From Nitrosopumilaceae archaeon (GTDB lineage: Archaea > Thermoproteota > Nitrososphaeria > Nitrososphaerales > Nitrosopumilaceae): a DNA stretch of 64,000 bases. The notes under the pieces are model-generated. The model searched no databases and had not been told where the DNA came from. It saw only the letters and a program-made list of their open reading frames with translations. The translations under genes were made by a program, and so were the position numbers. Numbering within the stretch: position 1 is the stretch's first letter; each line of letters begins with the position of its first letter. The stretch is from positions 1,952,001 to 2,016,000 of the forward strand of contig OZ242365.1 of NCBI GenBank assembly GCA_965208905.1, written 5' to 3'. Shown here one piece after another: positions 51,010 through 61,557 of the stretch.

Positions 51010-52701
51010 CTAAATATCATCGTTTAGTTGATTTATTTGATCAAAAATTTGCGCAAATGTAGTTATAGATTTTTCCGGAACATCATCTATGTTATCTATA
51101 ATGCATTTTACTACCTTCATCTTATCGAATTCTTCTGAGTTGTTAAATTTGTCTTTTAATGAATCTAGAATTGGTTTGTCTGGATCAATATCATTCATAC
51201 TAATGGTAAGGTCCGGGTACGCTTTTGTTACTGCACAAAGATAGAATTCTGGCGGAAATAAATCTTCGATACTGGAATTTTGAATATTGCAAAAATTTGA
51301 TGTAGTTATATAGGGAATCTTGTATTCTTTTTTGATATTTTTTGCGCGATTCGTTCCAGCGTCATCCCCATCTTGGAATAATATAATGTTAACGTCTGAT
51401 GCCCGGAGTAGCGAAATAAGCATGGATGTTTTGTGTCCACCGCCGGGCACGCATAATATATCCGAATGCAGACTATTTTTTGACTGTTTCTCTAACACAT
51501 TATTCATGGCGTTGAATATTTCGACGTCGCTCTGTCCCTCAAGTACTAAATGCGTCTTTTTAGTAATGTAGCTATTCAAGACATCATACCACCACCCAAC
51601 ACGAATTGGGAATAGCGCATCTTGATCACGCGGCCAATTTTGTGTTTCGGCAACACGGGAAAAGCCCGTCTCCTTATCCTCAAACACGGTTTTGATCGAA
51701 TCTAGATTCGCGCTGTCTACCAAAAACGGCGAATGTGTTGTGTATAAAATTTGGTTCTTTTTAGATAGCGTACGAAAGAATGTAATCAGTTGTGTTTGCA
51801 TACTACCGTGATAATGAAGGCCGGGTTCGTCCAACAGTATAATCGAGTTTTTATTAGTTGTTTCTGCCTCAACAAGAAAGATCAAATAAAACGAAAAGAA
51901 GTACCGCATTCCCATGCTCCGTTCCTCCAACACTATTGGACTAGGATCTATATCATCAGATATTTCTATACGAAAATATTTGCCATCAACTTTGTAGTGA
52001 AATTGGTGCCTACGTTGAAACCACCACGCTGAAAATTTATCAGTCATTGATGCTTGTGCGGCATGACATAATGCAGAGCGTTGTGCAGCCAGTAATTGTC
52101 CTTGGTCATCAGTTACATTCGCGCTGGAAGGATCGAGATCTTTTAGTTCCTCTGCGCTCAATTTTACGTGCCTGAATAGGCAAGTTTGTACCCTCAATTT
52201 TCTATTTTTTGGTTCGTTTTTTAACTTATTTAGGTAGTCGGGTATGTTGATTGCGGAATCCAAAACATCGTAATTATCAAAATAGAGAAAATGTGGCATC
52301 TTAGATATAAAATATTTTGAGAGTTTTCTATCAATTTGTTTGTCGCTTTCCGAAAAGAATGCCAAAGTTTTATTATTGTAATATTTTGTCATCATGACCA
52401 AATCATCTTCCCAATCTGCGCAAATTTCTCTAGCGCGGCGCAGATCTTCTTTACTTAATTTGAAAACTGCACTACAGACTGGAAGGTGTTTGCCACGTAG
52501 ATCAGTTAACAACCGTCTAGGAAGTTCTCTAAATTCATCATATGTTGTCTTATCAGACGGATTCAACTTTGCCAGTCCTTGAAATAGTGCGGACTTGCCT
52601 GCCTCATTTTTACCAACAAATGCTGTGAGACATCCCACGCTGATCCAGTCTGTGTCTTTATAGCGCTTGTAATTTTGCAACTTAAATTTTATAAGTTCCA
52701 A
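51010..52701 (-). CDS. OLD-family ATP-dependent endonuclease (ABC ATPase + TOPRIM)
   Basis: Walker A GKNEAGKS, RSMG signature, LLDEPGLH, YTTHSPF, TOPRIM LVLEGQSD and DGD. Confidence 0.88.
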   Translation of the reverse strand: MELIKFKLQNYKRYKDTDWISVGCLTAFVGKNEAGKSALFQGLAKLNPSDKTTYDEFRELPRRLLTDLRGKHLPVCSAVFKLSKEDLRRAREICADWEDDLVMMTKYYNNKTLAFFSESDKQIDRKLSKYFISKMPHFLYFDNYDVLDSAINIPDYLNKLKNEPKNRKLRVQTCLFRHVKLSAEELKDLDPSSANVTDDQGQLLAAQRSALCHAAQASMTDKFSAWWFQRRHQFHYKVDGKYFRIEISDDIDPSPIVLEERSMGMRYFFSFYLIFLVEAETTNKNSIILLDEPGLHYHGSMQTQLITFFRTLSKKNQILYTTHSPFLVDSANLDSIKTVFEDKETGFSRVAETQNWPRDQDALFPIRVGWWYDVLNSYITKKTHLVLEGQSDVEIFNAMNNVLEKQSKNSLHSDILCVPGGGHKTSMLISLLRASDVNIILFQDGDDAGTNRAKNIKKEYKIPYITTSNFCNIQNSSIEDLFPPEFYLCAVTKAYPDLTISMNDIDPDKPILDSLKDKFNNSEEFDKMKVVKCIIDNIDDVPEKSITTFAQIFDQINQLNDDI

Positions 52702-52737
52702 TATTGGCAGTTATGTTCATTATTATATAAATTAAAG

Positions 52738-52846
52738 TGGTGCGCCGACTATCCAAATCAGGCCGAACTTACCGCGGCGGCCCCTGCGTCCGATCCTCAA
52801 TCGTTACGCTGGTGCGCCGACTATCCAAATCAGGCCGAACTTACCG
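52738..52846. repeat. two identical 37-bp direct repeats separated by a 35-bp unique spacer (CRISPR-like mini-array, no cas genes)
   Basis: TGGTGCGCCGACTATCCAAATCAGGCCGAACTTACCG at 52738-52774 and 52810-52846; AT-rich sequence on the left. Confidence 0.7.
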
Positions 52847-53589
52847 TGCGCGTTCGCTACTTGAGGCCCATAGCCGTCGGGGTAATACTGCACAGGCCCG
52901 GCCAGGTATGATCTTGGGTGCACCGCAAACCGTCACGGTATCCGCGCCACTCCACAATCAGATACCAACCAGCGCCGAGGACGTCATGACCGAGATACAA
53001 TACCGGCTGCGCCTGATGGTCTCATAAACTCCGGAATGCTACCCATACGTGGAACGGATCATCCCGCCTCGATGCTGATCCAAGCACCCACCAGTACGTG
53101 ATGATATCACAGCATCGGCATTTCCAACTCCGTCAGTAACAGCCACGCTTTGACAAGCCTGGCAAGCGCCAGCGCGATGATGTCCCCAAGCACATAGACG
53201 CGATTCTGGCGTGGACGGACATGTGATTATCATCAGGTGGCGATTCCAGCGGAAGCCTGCGCCCAATCCGTATCAGGATAGCAAACATCCCGCACGTGAT
53301 GACGAACGAGGCAGAACTCCACGCCATCATGTTGACTTTTCCAAGATGATCGAGAGGATGATTCGGTCCGCTAGGTGATACGGGATGGTGTCAGTGACGT
53401 ACCCCAGTGCCTAGAATGCAGCCAAGAGGTTGAGCGAGGCGACCACGGCCTAGACGACGATACCGACCACGCCAAGCTACCCCATGATCGGTGGTATGCG
53501 ATTCTTCTCATTAGCAGATTCAGGCTTGATGCTAGACGGGGATAGCGTCCTTTGGAGCATGTGATCGGCCTGGATCTTCCCTAGACGGG

Positions 53590-54360
53590 TAGGTTACGGC
53601 CAGTGCTGGCACCTGGATCGAATCGACCAATACAGGCCCCCGTCACCCTAACCCAGCCGCGACCAGAATCCAAAAATCTAGCAAAATAGTTACGGTTTCC
53701 CCTAGACCCGCAGATCTTCCGGCTGAATTCTACTTGTAAATTCGCCATCAATTTTGTGTATGTCGGTCTGAATGCTATGGGAGCAATTTGCCCACTTACC
53801 TCTTGGCGTTGCTTAGTCAGTTACGATATCTGGTTGTTAATTATAGAGTCTGTATCGTTACTCCCGAGTCCGCTCAAACCCAGTCTGGCATTGTTGCGAA
53901 TTTGGCCTCACCTCTATTGCCTCACTGTTGGCCATCCATTCCACGCAGCTCCTCGTGAGTCGCCATCTCCTCAATGGGCTTCGATCATCGGGCGCAACTT
54001 GTGCAGTCTTTGCCGTTCAGCCTCATTAGCTACGCTGCGAGCCGCAATCCTAGACATGATGTCGAGTGCGGCGCTGTAATCATCGTCACTTTGCTTGAAT
54101 AGTTTGTCTAGACGTCTCTTTAGCCTAGACTTTCTCTCCGATTCTGACAAGGTTGTCTTTCAGATTTTTGTACAGATGACATCCTTTGCGGTATGGGGAG
54201 ATATCCTCTTCAAGCCCCAACTCTTCGGCAAGCTTGGCGCACCGATCTAACTTGTCAATTAACGCATCAAACGTTACCATGCATCTTGTTGGGAGATCTT
54301 GTCTAATGAACGTCATGATGCCGTGGTTGTACAAGTTCCAGATTGGGAGTACCGTTGCCA
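53590..54360 (-). pseudogene. decayed helical/coiled-coil protein gene of the island
   Basis: MATVLPIWNLY...IDKLDRCAKLAEELG continues after a frameshift (LKRRLDKLFKQSDDD...) with several in-frame stops. Confidence 0.35.
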
Positions 54361-54858
54361 TAAAGCTTCGCAACGGGATGCTCCCCTGACCTTTGTTGCG
54401 AAGCTCTAGTCGTCGGTTGCGGGGTCCATGCTGTCGGTCTTGAGGCCCCCTAGACCACCTCCTAGGAGAATGCCAGCCCGCTGGGTCCCATACCCTCCCA
54501 GAATCGTGCGCCGGCAGGACAAATTCCTGACAGAGGACTGCACCCGTCTGGAGTGCCGGGAAGGTTAAAGTAAACGCATTGCTACATATACCAAGTTCTT
54601 TCTTGCACTTGACGGAAAGGCACTCTTGCCCTACATGTCTCAATACCCCGCGCTTTGTTTAATATACACCATATGACACATTATGTAAATGGGAAGAAGA
54701 AAAACTCAAAAGATAATACGTACTACGCAGCGTAACTCCACCATAGGACGTTGTCCCCACTGTCGCACCATAGGTAAAATATTTCTGCTGGGAAAGCCTG
54801 GTCAGGAGAGATGTAAGTGTGACAAGTGCAGAGCAGAGTTTGACATTTGATAATTTAG

Positions 54859-54933
54859 AGGACTCGGAGGGCTTCGATCCCCCGACCTGATGATCCGGAA
54901 TCACCTGCACTATCCAGGCTGTGCTACAAGTCC
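54859..54933 (-). tRNA. tRNA-Arg(CCG)
   Basis: Minus strand GGACTTG...CGAGTCC acceptor stem, anticodon arm GGTGA-TTCCGGA-TCATC, GGATCGAAGCC T arm. Confidence 0.9.
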
Positions 54934-55006
54934 GCCCTCACCTATCGTTTTGTAACATAAAAATCCTAACTCTGATTTTTATATCAGGCATATGATACGA
55001 TACAGT

Positions 55007-55237
55007 GTGGGCCTTCTATACACCACTAGCTATGTGGACTTTGATGAGAGTGATTGGAGACAGATAGCTGTAAATCCACCTGTATTTGAGGCCATCAACA
55101 ATGTGGTGTCATTGGATATCTTTGATGTGTCACAAAAATCCTACAAAATAAAGTTCCGGAAAGGTGCTCAGGTAAAGTCATTTCGGGTGGTAGGAAAATT
55201 TCGACTCACATGGGATGACTCATTTGTGGCAGAGTAG
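55007..55237 (+). CDS. small conserved hypothetical protein
   Basis: GLLYT..Y.DF.ESDW.QI...FRVVGKFRLTWDD; GTG 55007 is the probable start. Confidence 0.65.
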   Translation: MGLLYTTSYVDFDESDWRQIAVNPPVFEAINNVVSLDIFDVSQKSYKIKFRKGAQVKSFRVVGKFRLTWDDSFVAE

Positions 55238-55368
55238 ATTTATGCGTACAGTGGCTTTGTCGTATGGTTGGTTAAAAGTCCAAATCTCATACAGATAGAT
55301 TTTAGGTGGCCTCAAAGATACCTGTTGTGTAATAACACACAACTACATCGGCAAGAATATACATCTAG

Positions 55369-56700
55369 TTACCTGTCGCGATTCCTCGGGGGACGGGCAA
55401 ATCGGTTGGATGGGTCATTGTGATATTGTACTGGTAACATCGAGTCCTTTTGACGCCCGGTGAGTATGCCCACAACAACATCGTCCTTTTTAATCACTTC
55501 AGACTCCATCAACTTTTTTATGCCGGCCAAAGAGGCTCCCGATGCCATCTCACAGTCAAAGCCATTTAAGCCTACTACGGCCATGGCATCAAGCATCTCT
55601 TTGTCAGATACGGTAACGACTACACCGTTTGTGGCATCTAGCGCCCGTAGACACTTTAGTATGTTTGCAGGCTTGCCTATCTGAATGGCAGAGGCGTGTG
55701 TGTGGGGATCAAGGCCCCGGGAGCCCATTTTATCATAATAGTCATCGATTAGTGCAGTATCTACATCACCATCATTCCATCGGAGTTTGGGACCGAATTT
55801 ACCGTTGTACAGGTTGTATAATGTGGACGCACCTTGGGCATTTATGACGGCTATACGAGGCATCTTTTTAATCCAGCCCCATTTGTATAACTCCAAAAGT
55901 GCCTTGCCGCAGCTGGAAGTATTGCCCAATGCACCACCTGGATATACAATCCAGTCAGGCGCCTTCCATTCTAGATGTTCAAGCAGTCTATACGGAATTG
56001 TCTTTTGACCCTCAATACGGAAAGGATTTATCGAGTTTACTGTATAACCATCATTGTCCACATCTTGGAGTGACTGTTCAAGGGCATCATCAAAGTTGCC
56101 ATCAACCTCTATAATCTGAGCTCCAAATTGGTACGCCTGACTTAGTTTTCCCGGAGCTATCTGGCCGGCCGGAATATACACATCACATTCCATTCCCTCG
56201 TTGGCGGCAAACATGCCCGCCGAGGCAGATGTGTTTCCCGTGGATGCGCAGATTAGTCTCTTGGCGCCCACCATCTTGCCATGAGTCACAGCAGTAGCCA
56301 TGCCATTATCCTTGAAAGAACCGCTGGGGTTGTATCCCTCAGGTTGCAGCCACAGCGACTCACCCTCGGCTCCGGCAAACTGCGCCGCCCGTTTCATATG
56401 ATATGGTTTGGACAGGCGACCTTCCGACCCATCTAGTGACACAAAGTGGTTTGCACACTCTATCGTGTCAAATGTATCTATCTGGCAAAAGTTCAACAAC
56501 TCTCTAAATCGCCAGACTCCACTCTCATCAAAGATATTGCCGTGGTGATCGCGTCTCTTGTAAAATGTCTCCTTAAGGGATGTAGACGGGGTCTTATCAT
56601 ATACAACATCAGTGGGATGGCCATGTTCACAGCGAAACGCCACACTACTCACAGGATATTCAAGTCCACACTCTGAGAATATGCACTTAAGGTAAGCCAT
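55369..56700 (-). CDS. thrC: threonine synthase
   Basis: EGYNPSGSFKD (PLP Lys), CASTGNTSAS, NSINPFRIEGQKT, PGGALGN. Confidence 0.95.
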   Translation of the reverse strand: MAYLKCIFSECGLEYPVSSVAFRCEHGHPTDVVYDKTPSTSLKETFYKRRDHHGNIFDESGVWRFRELLNFCQIDTFDTIECANHFVSLDGSEGRLSKPYHMKRAAQFAGAEGESLWLQPEGYNPSGSFKDNGMATAVTHGKMVGAKRLICASTGNTSASAGMFAANEGMECDVYIPAGQIAPGKLSQAYQFGAQIIEVDGNFDDALEQSLQDVDNDGYTVNSINPFRIEGQKTIPYRLLEHLEWKAPDWIVYPGGALGNTSSCGKALLELYKWGWIKKMPRIAVINAQGASTLYNLYNGKFGPKLRWNDGDVDTALIDDYYDKMGSRGLDPHTHASAIQIGKPANILKCLRALDATNGVVVTVSDKEMLDAMAVVGLNGFDCEMASGASLAGIKKLMESEVIKKDDVVVGILTGRQKDSMLPVQYHNDPSNRFARPPRNRDR

Positions 56701-57047
56701 CAATATAATGTACAACATTATGTTAATTTAAATGTGGAAGTTGTTCGGGTGTTTAGACGTGTGACATCTTGAGCTTTTATACTCATAGACTCTCATCCCA
56801 TAGGTGAGTGATGATCTAAGTTGGACAATATCAGAAAAAACATCTACGCATAGCGTACAATGACAGAGTCGCAATAGTATTTTTGTGCGTTATGAATAAT
56901 TTTTGTACAAAAGATCTTTGTATTCATGGTCAGACTTTGTTATTAGAACTACTCAGATAATCTCAAAGTCGCCCATATTGTACAATTTAGATCATCACTC
57001 AACTCTGGAAGGGAAGCCTTATCTCATAAAAAGATAAACCAAATGTA

Positions 57048-58637
57048 TTGTATGCTGCGCTCATAGTTGTATGTACCGTATTATTTATGGTATATACTGC
57101 AGCGGCCGAGCCAGTAATATATGATGATGAGCTCTCACTAGAGACGTACGTTACGGGGTTCTGTTGTCGTCTCACCGGCATGGAGTTTATGCCCAATGAT
57201 GACTTGTTGGTACTACAGCAGAATGGAGATGTCCGACTAGTCAAGGACGGACAGTTGATGGCGGATGCAGTACTAACTGTAGACACAATTCCGTTCCGGG
57301 AGATGGGGCTTTTGGGCATAACCCGGTCTGGAGAGTCTGTATATCTATACTATACAGTTCCAGACGAGCATGGCGATCCCATCTACAACCGTATAGAGCG
57401 ATACACATGGGATGGACAGTCTTTGATTGATCCTGTTGTGATGATCGATATTCCAGTCAACCTGTACCATAACGGTGGAGCAATGGTTACCGGTCCTGAC
57501 GGCCAAGTATATGCAGTAGTTGGAGATACGGGAAGATATGGACTCTTACAAAACAAGGAACCGGGAAGTTATTATCCTTCAGATATGACTGACTATCTTG
57601 ATACCAGTGTCATACTGCGGGTAGATCCACCTGGCGAATACTATGCGGTGGGAATCAGAAACAGTTTTGGTCTTGCATTTGATCCTGTTACCGGTATGAT
57701 GTGGGACACGGAGAATGGTCCTGACAACTTTGATGAGATAAACATTGTACAGGAGGGTTTCAACAGTGGATGGGAGGTTGTGATGGGTCTGGCAACAAAA
57801 GATGACCTGTCGCACATGACAATGAGTGAGAGTTATCAGTATGAGGATCCCAAGTTTACATGGTATCATACTGTGGCGCCAACGGGAATTGGTTTTGTAG
57901 ACTTTGCTGAGACTGACAAGTACAACAACTCAATATTTGCAGGCGACTGCAATCATGGACGGCTCTACATCTTTACAATGAATCAGAACAGAGATGGGTT
58001 TGTGTTTTCATCTCCAGGTCTGCAAGATACAGTTGCGGATTCAGGGGATTCCCTAGAGGAGATAATACTAGCAGAAGGGTTAGGATGTATCACCAATATA
58101 CGCACCGGGCCTGACGGCTACCTGTACATAGCAAGCTACTCGCACGATACAATATACAGAGTACTTCCCGCATCTGCGGCATCTGCCCAGCAGACCAACA
58201 CAGAATCACCACAGGAACAACATACCCAAGAGGGTGGCGGGTGCCTCATAGCCACTGCAGCGTATAACACCGAGCTTGCATCACAAGTACAGACGCTACG
58301 CGAGATTCGGGACAATACAATACTTTCAACCGAGTCAGGAACCGCATTCATGTCTTTGTTCAATACATTCTACTACTCTTTCTCTCCAGCAGTGGCAGAC
58401 ATTGAAAGGGAGAGTCCAACTTTGCGTGCCATAATACGTGGCATCATCACACCCATGATATACTCCCTTTCACCTCTATCTTTGATTGATGGGGATTCAG
58501 AGATTCAAGTTATATTCTTGGGTGCTGCCATAATCTTGTTCAATGTTGCAGTGTATATAGGATCTCCGATCATTATTACGTACAGGGCGCGAAGGTTTGT
58601 AATGCAAAGGACCCGATCATATTCAATTTTTACCTAA
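57048..58637 (+). CDS. PQQ-dependent sugar dehydrogenase-like (GSDH beta-propeller) protein with a CFI-box-CTERM domain
   Basis: Signal peptide; E.GLLGI, HNGG, GIRNSFGLAFDP, ENGP..FDEIN; C-terminal GGGCLIATAAY...LREIRD. Confidence 0.9.
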   Translation: MYAALIVVCTVLFMVYTAAAEPVIYDDELSLETYVTGFCCRLTGMEFMPNDDLLVLQQNGDVRLVKDGQLMADAVLTVDTIPFREMGLLGITRSGESVYLYYTVPDEHGDPIYNRIERYTWDGQSLIDPVVMIDIPVNLYHNGGAMVTGPDGQVYAVVGDTGRYGLLQNKEPGSYYPSDMTDYLDTSVILRVDPPGEYYAVGIRNSFGLAFDPVTGMMWDTENGPDNFDEINIVQEGFNSGWEVVMGLATKDDLSHMTMSESYQYEDPKFTWYHTVAPTGIGFVDFAETDKYNNSIFAGDCNHGRLYIFTMNQNRDGFVFSSPGLQDTVADSGDSLEEIILAEGLGCITNIRTGPDGYLYIASYSHDTIYRVLPASAASAQQTNTESPQEQHTQEGGGCLIATAAYNTELASQVQTLREIRDNTILSTESGTAFMSLFNTFYYSFSPAVADIERESPTLRAIIRGIITPMIYSLSPLSLIDGDSEIQVIFLGAAIILFNVAVYIGSPIIITYRARRFVMQRTRSYSIFT

Positions 58638-58759
58638 TTATTATATGATATCAAGAGTCTCTTTTGGTGCAAGATCTTTAGACAGATACAACACTATATC
58701 GACATATAGAACAATATTTTGCCACGTAGTATATATTCAACCGCTCCTAATCCAGTAAT

Positions 58760-59407
58760 GTGGCGCGCAGGCGAAGGCAGAAAATTCAGAGCAAGCGCAA
58801 CCGCTCCAATCTAACCCACAAGAGTAGGATGCAGACCAATACCAAAATTCATAGTGGTAGAGACTCAGGTACGTACATAACACAAGGCATGCGTTTTTTA
58901 TATGATGATAAGTTGGAGCTGGCAATTGAATATTTTGAGAAAGCCATTATTGCAAACCCAGAAGACGCAAGAAGTTATAGTTGCATAGGTGCGGCACTAG
59001 AGCATTTGGGCCGGCCTGGTGAAGCCATCAACCATTTTAAAAGAGCAATAAAGTTAGACTCACAGAATGCTGACTTGCATGCTGAGATGGGAGCAGTCTT
59101 TTGGGATTTAGGCAAACATAGGGATGTAATAGACTGCTTTAACAGGGCGGTGGAACTTAATCCGACAAATCTCTCCGTCCGCAGCAGTATGGGGATGGCG
59201 CTTTTCATGTCTGGTAGACACAAAGAGGCTATCGCCGCCTATGACGATATCATACGTATGGACCCTCAAAACTCAGATGCATACTACGGTAAGGCCATAA
59301 TACTTTCTCAGTTGGAAAGATACTCAGAAGCCTCGGAGTGTTTTGAAAAAATGATTAAGATTGATCCTAAAAACGTTGAAAAGCTCGGCCAGATGATAGC
59401 GAGTTAA
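58760..59407 (+). CDS. tetratricopeptide repeat protein
   Basis: About five 34-aa repeats with G..L..LG...EA...F..AI..DP pattern. Confidence 0.9.
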   Translation: MARRRRQKIQSKRNRSNLTHKSRMQTNTKIHSGRDSGTYITQGMRFLYDDKLELAIEYFEKAIIANPEDARSYSCIGAALEHLGRPGEAINHFKRAIKLDSQNADLHAEMGAVFWDLGKHRDVIDCFNRAVELNPTNLSVRSSMGMALFMSGRHKEAIAAYDDIIRMDPQNSDAYYGKAIILSQLERYSEASECFEKMIKIDPKNVEKLGQMIAS

Positions 59408-59445
59408 AGACAACATGATGTGGGCGCAATCAAGATGCTGAAAGT

Positions 59446-59664
59446 ATGTTGCACGAGGTGTGTATACATGATGAGGCCATTATCTGCCATAACAGGTCCA
59501 CATTGTATGATCCTCAAGACATGGAGGTGTACCGATGCAAGGGTTTGGTGCTCATGAAATTTGACATGATCTCTGAGGCCTTGGACTGTTTTGAGATGGC
59601 CGTCTGCCTAGACCCTCAGAACAGTACATATTGGTATGGCCAACACGCTGGACAGTATGTATAG
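59446..59664 (+). pseudogene. degenerate TPR fragment
   Basis: EAIICHNRSTLYDP..KGLVLMK..EALDCFEMAVCLDPQN; short and out of frame with the upstream TPR gene. Confidence 0.55.
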
Positions 59665-59848
59665 ACAGAGAAGTTGTCATGACTAAGAGAAATATTTGAA
59701 ATTCAAACTAGAGTGTCAAAAAATAGTCCATAGCCCTGAACTATTATGACTTTCATACACAAAGAATGACTAAATGTATATTCTACAGACACAAATTGGT
59801 CCAATACACTACAATAGCTTTTTAAATAAATACAGATTTCACATACAT

Positions 59849-59995
59849 ATGAGCGAAGATACCATTTACGAACGCATAGCCAGACTAGAAAATGAGATCA
59901 AGTCCATACGCAAAGATCTAGACATTATAATGACGTTCCACAAGAACAAGCTGGTGAAGTTGCAGGTAAAACGTGTAAAAGACGGTAAGATTTAG
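59849..59995 (+). CDS. small coiled-coil protein
   Basis: MSEDTIYERIARLENEIKSIRKDLD; TTTAAATA TATA box about 25 bp upstream. Confidence 0.55.
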   Translation: MSEDTIYERIARLENEIKSIRKDLDIIMTFHKNKLVKLQVKRVKDGKI

Positions 59996-60317
59996 TCGGT
60001 ATCTAAGAAATCAACTAGGTTTGCCACATTGCCGAGTTGTCTGCGTGATGGTTCTCCCCAAGTTTTTTAACCATCACATAGTTTTTGGGGACCGGGTCCG
60101 ATACAATCTTCAAATCCATATGATCCGCAGATGAACTTTGATACTCACAGCCACATCAATACAAATCGGGGCGTTCTCATATTGTGCCATCGCATTATAC
60201 ATCCTGATACTGCAAGCATATGGCGTATTATCTGAGTCTTAGATAGTTTTAAACTCACACCAAAACATGATGTTATATCACTTGTGATATTTACACAAAA
60301 AAAATCCTTACCACAAA

Positions 60318-61502
60318 TCAAGGATTGACTCGCCGAATATACTTTGCAGGATCCTTTAATTCGGCAGTACTAGGAGGAGTATCTAGCATCTTTGCAAATG
60401 ATGCATCGCCCATACTCTTCACCAAGTATTCAACAAACTCCGTTCCCATATCTTTACGGACCTGATATGTTGTGGTACTTGCAGGCATGAATGTATTTTT
60501 ATACTCCAAATAATCTGAATCATTCTCCAAAATATTCTTCAGTGTATAGGCTGCCATACCCTCCATCACAGTGAATGCGGCATGATGTCGCTGTATGTGA
60601 GGAAGCCATTCCATGTATAGGTCAGTGAGTTTTGGTACATATTCAGATATTTTTGCATCTACGTTTACATGTGTAAAAGTCATAATGTCCGGGCCAATCT
60701 GGTTATGCAGAAAGTGATCCGGATTTAAAAAGAAGAATAAATTAGCTTTTTGCGCAAAAGGAAACTCATCCGGAACAGGTTGTAGTTTCAGATATGCAGA
60801 TAGTGCCTTTACGTCGTTACCGTCCATATCTAGTATTGTTTGAGCAATCTTTTCATTGATTATGTTAACGCCAATTGCCGCCTGACGGTTCTGCTCATAC
60901 AGTGATCTCTGCATCGAGTGGATAGACTCTTCGAGAACTGTCATCTTTACGGCTCCAATATATCCAGAGCGTACGCGTTCATAGTTGGATTGTGCACTCC
61001 CCATCTTGTAAAGTATTATTCCAGGATATCGTTTTAGTATGAATTTATTGATAAATATGACATCATCCATATAGTCTCCATACGTGGTGGTTATTTTGGA
61101 TATGTATTGTATGGCATATGTGGAATATACCAAATATTTAGCCGGACTTGTTTCAATTAATTTTATAATACGACCAGCATCAAATGCAGATACGGCGCCA
61201 AACAATTCAGCAACAAATTGTTTAGAATCTGCATTACAGAATACTTTTCTGCCCTTTATGGTCTTTAATTCTGCCAACTCTGGATATTCTAAACGAACGT
61301 TCTTGTTTGGAGGCAGTTGTAAAAAGTCGGCAGCTTGTTGCTGCATAGTCGGGAATACTTGGCCTGCTACGGATTCGAGAGTCTCAAATGTGGGCGCATC
61401 ATCAGGTATACTCTCGTAGATTTTACTAATTTCAGACTCCTCGTTTAGTTCTACATGCATCTGATCAAAGAGCGCCTCTACAAAATCTTCATACTCTGTC
61501 AA
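60318..61502 (-). CDS. conserved hypothetical protein (zincin-like)
   Basis: 394 aa; LEESIHSMQ and MEGMA motifs; C-terminal PP.TAELKDP.KY. Confidence 0.7.
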   Translation of the reverse strand: MTEYEDFVEALFDQMHVELNEESEISKIYESIPDDAPTFETLESVAGQVFPTMQQQAADFLQLPPNKNVRLEYPELAELKTIKGRKVFCNADSKQFVAELFGAVSAFDAGRIIKLIETSPAKYLVYSTYAIQYISKITTTYGDYMDDVIFINKFILKRYPGIILYKMGSAQSNYERVRSGYIGAVKMTVLEESIHSMQRSLYEQNRQAAIGVNIINEKIAQTILDMDGNDVKALSAYLKLQPVPDEFPFAQKANLFFFLNPDHFLHNQIGPDIMTFTHVNVDAKISEYVPKLTDLYMEWLPHIQRHHAAFTVMEGMAAYTLKNILENDSDYLEYKNTFMPASTTTYQVRKDMGTEFVEYLVKSMGDASFAKMLDTPPSTAELKDPAKYIRRVNP

Positions 61503-61557
61503 TTATCACACATGACATTCTGCCACATTTATTATTATCCGTGCAAAATTAGATGCA

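Larger units (their letters stand above)
38886..54655. mobile_element. decayed genomic island integrated at the 3' end of tRNA-Ser
   Basis: CCCCGCGCTT at the tRNA 3' end (38876-38885) is repeated at 54646-54655; cargo of defence genes and pseudogenes; housekeeping genes resume after it; no integrase recognised. Confidence 0.65.

Noticed and set aside
52738-52846. TIGR-type array interpretation
   Set aside because: The unit is 72 bp with one long spacer, has no box C/D-like motifs, and no Nop-domain Tas gene is adjacent; the window's Nop-domain gene is the housekeeping nop5
56933-56970. GACTTTG...CAAAGTC short inverted repeat
   Set aside because: 7-bp arms with no duplication or second copy; could be chance
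58738-58807. CAACCGCTCC repeated at a 60-bp spacing
   Set aside because: Only two 10-bp copies; no array structure
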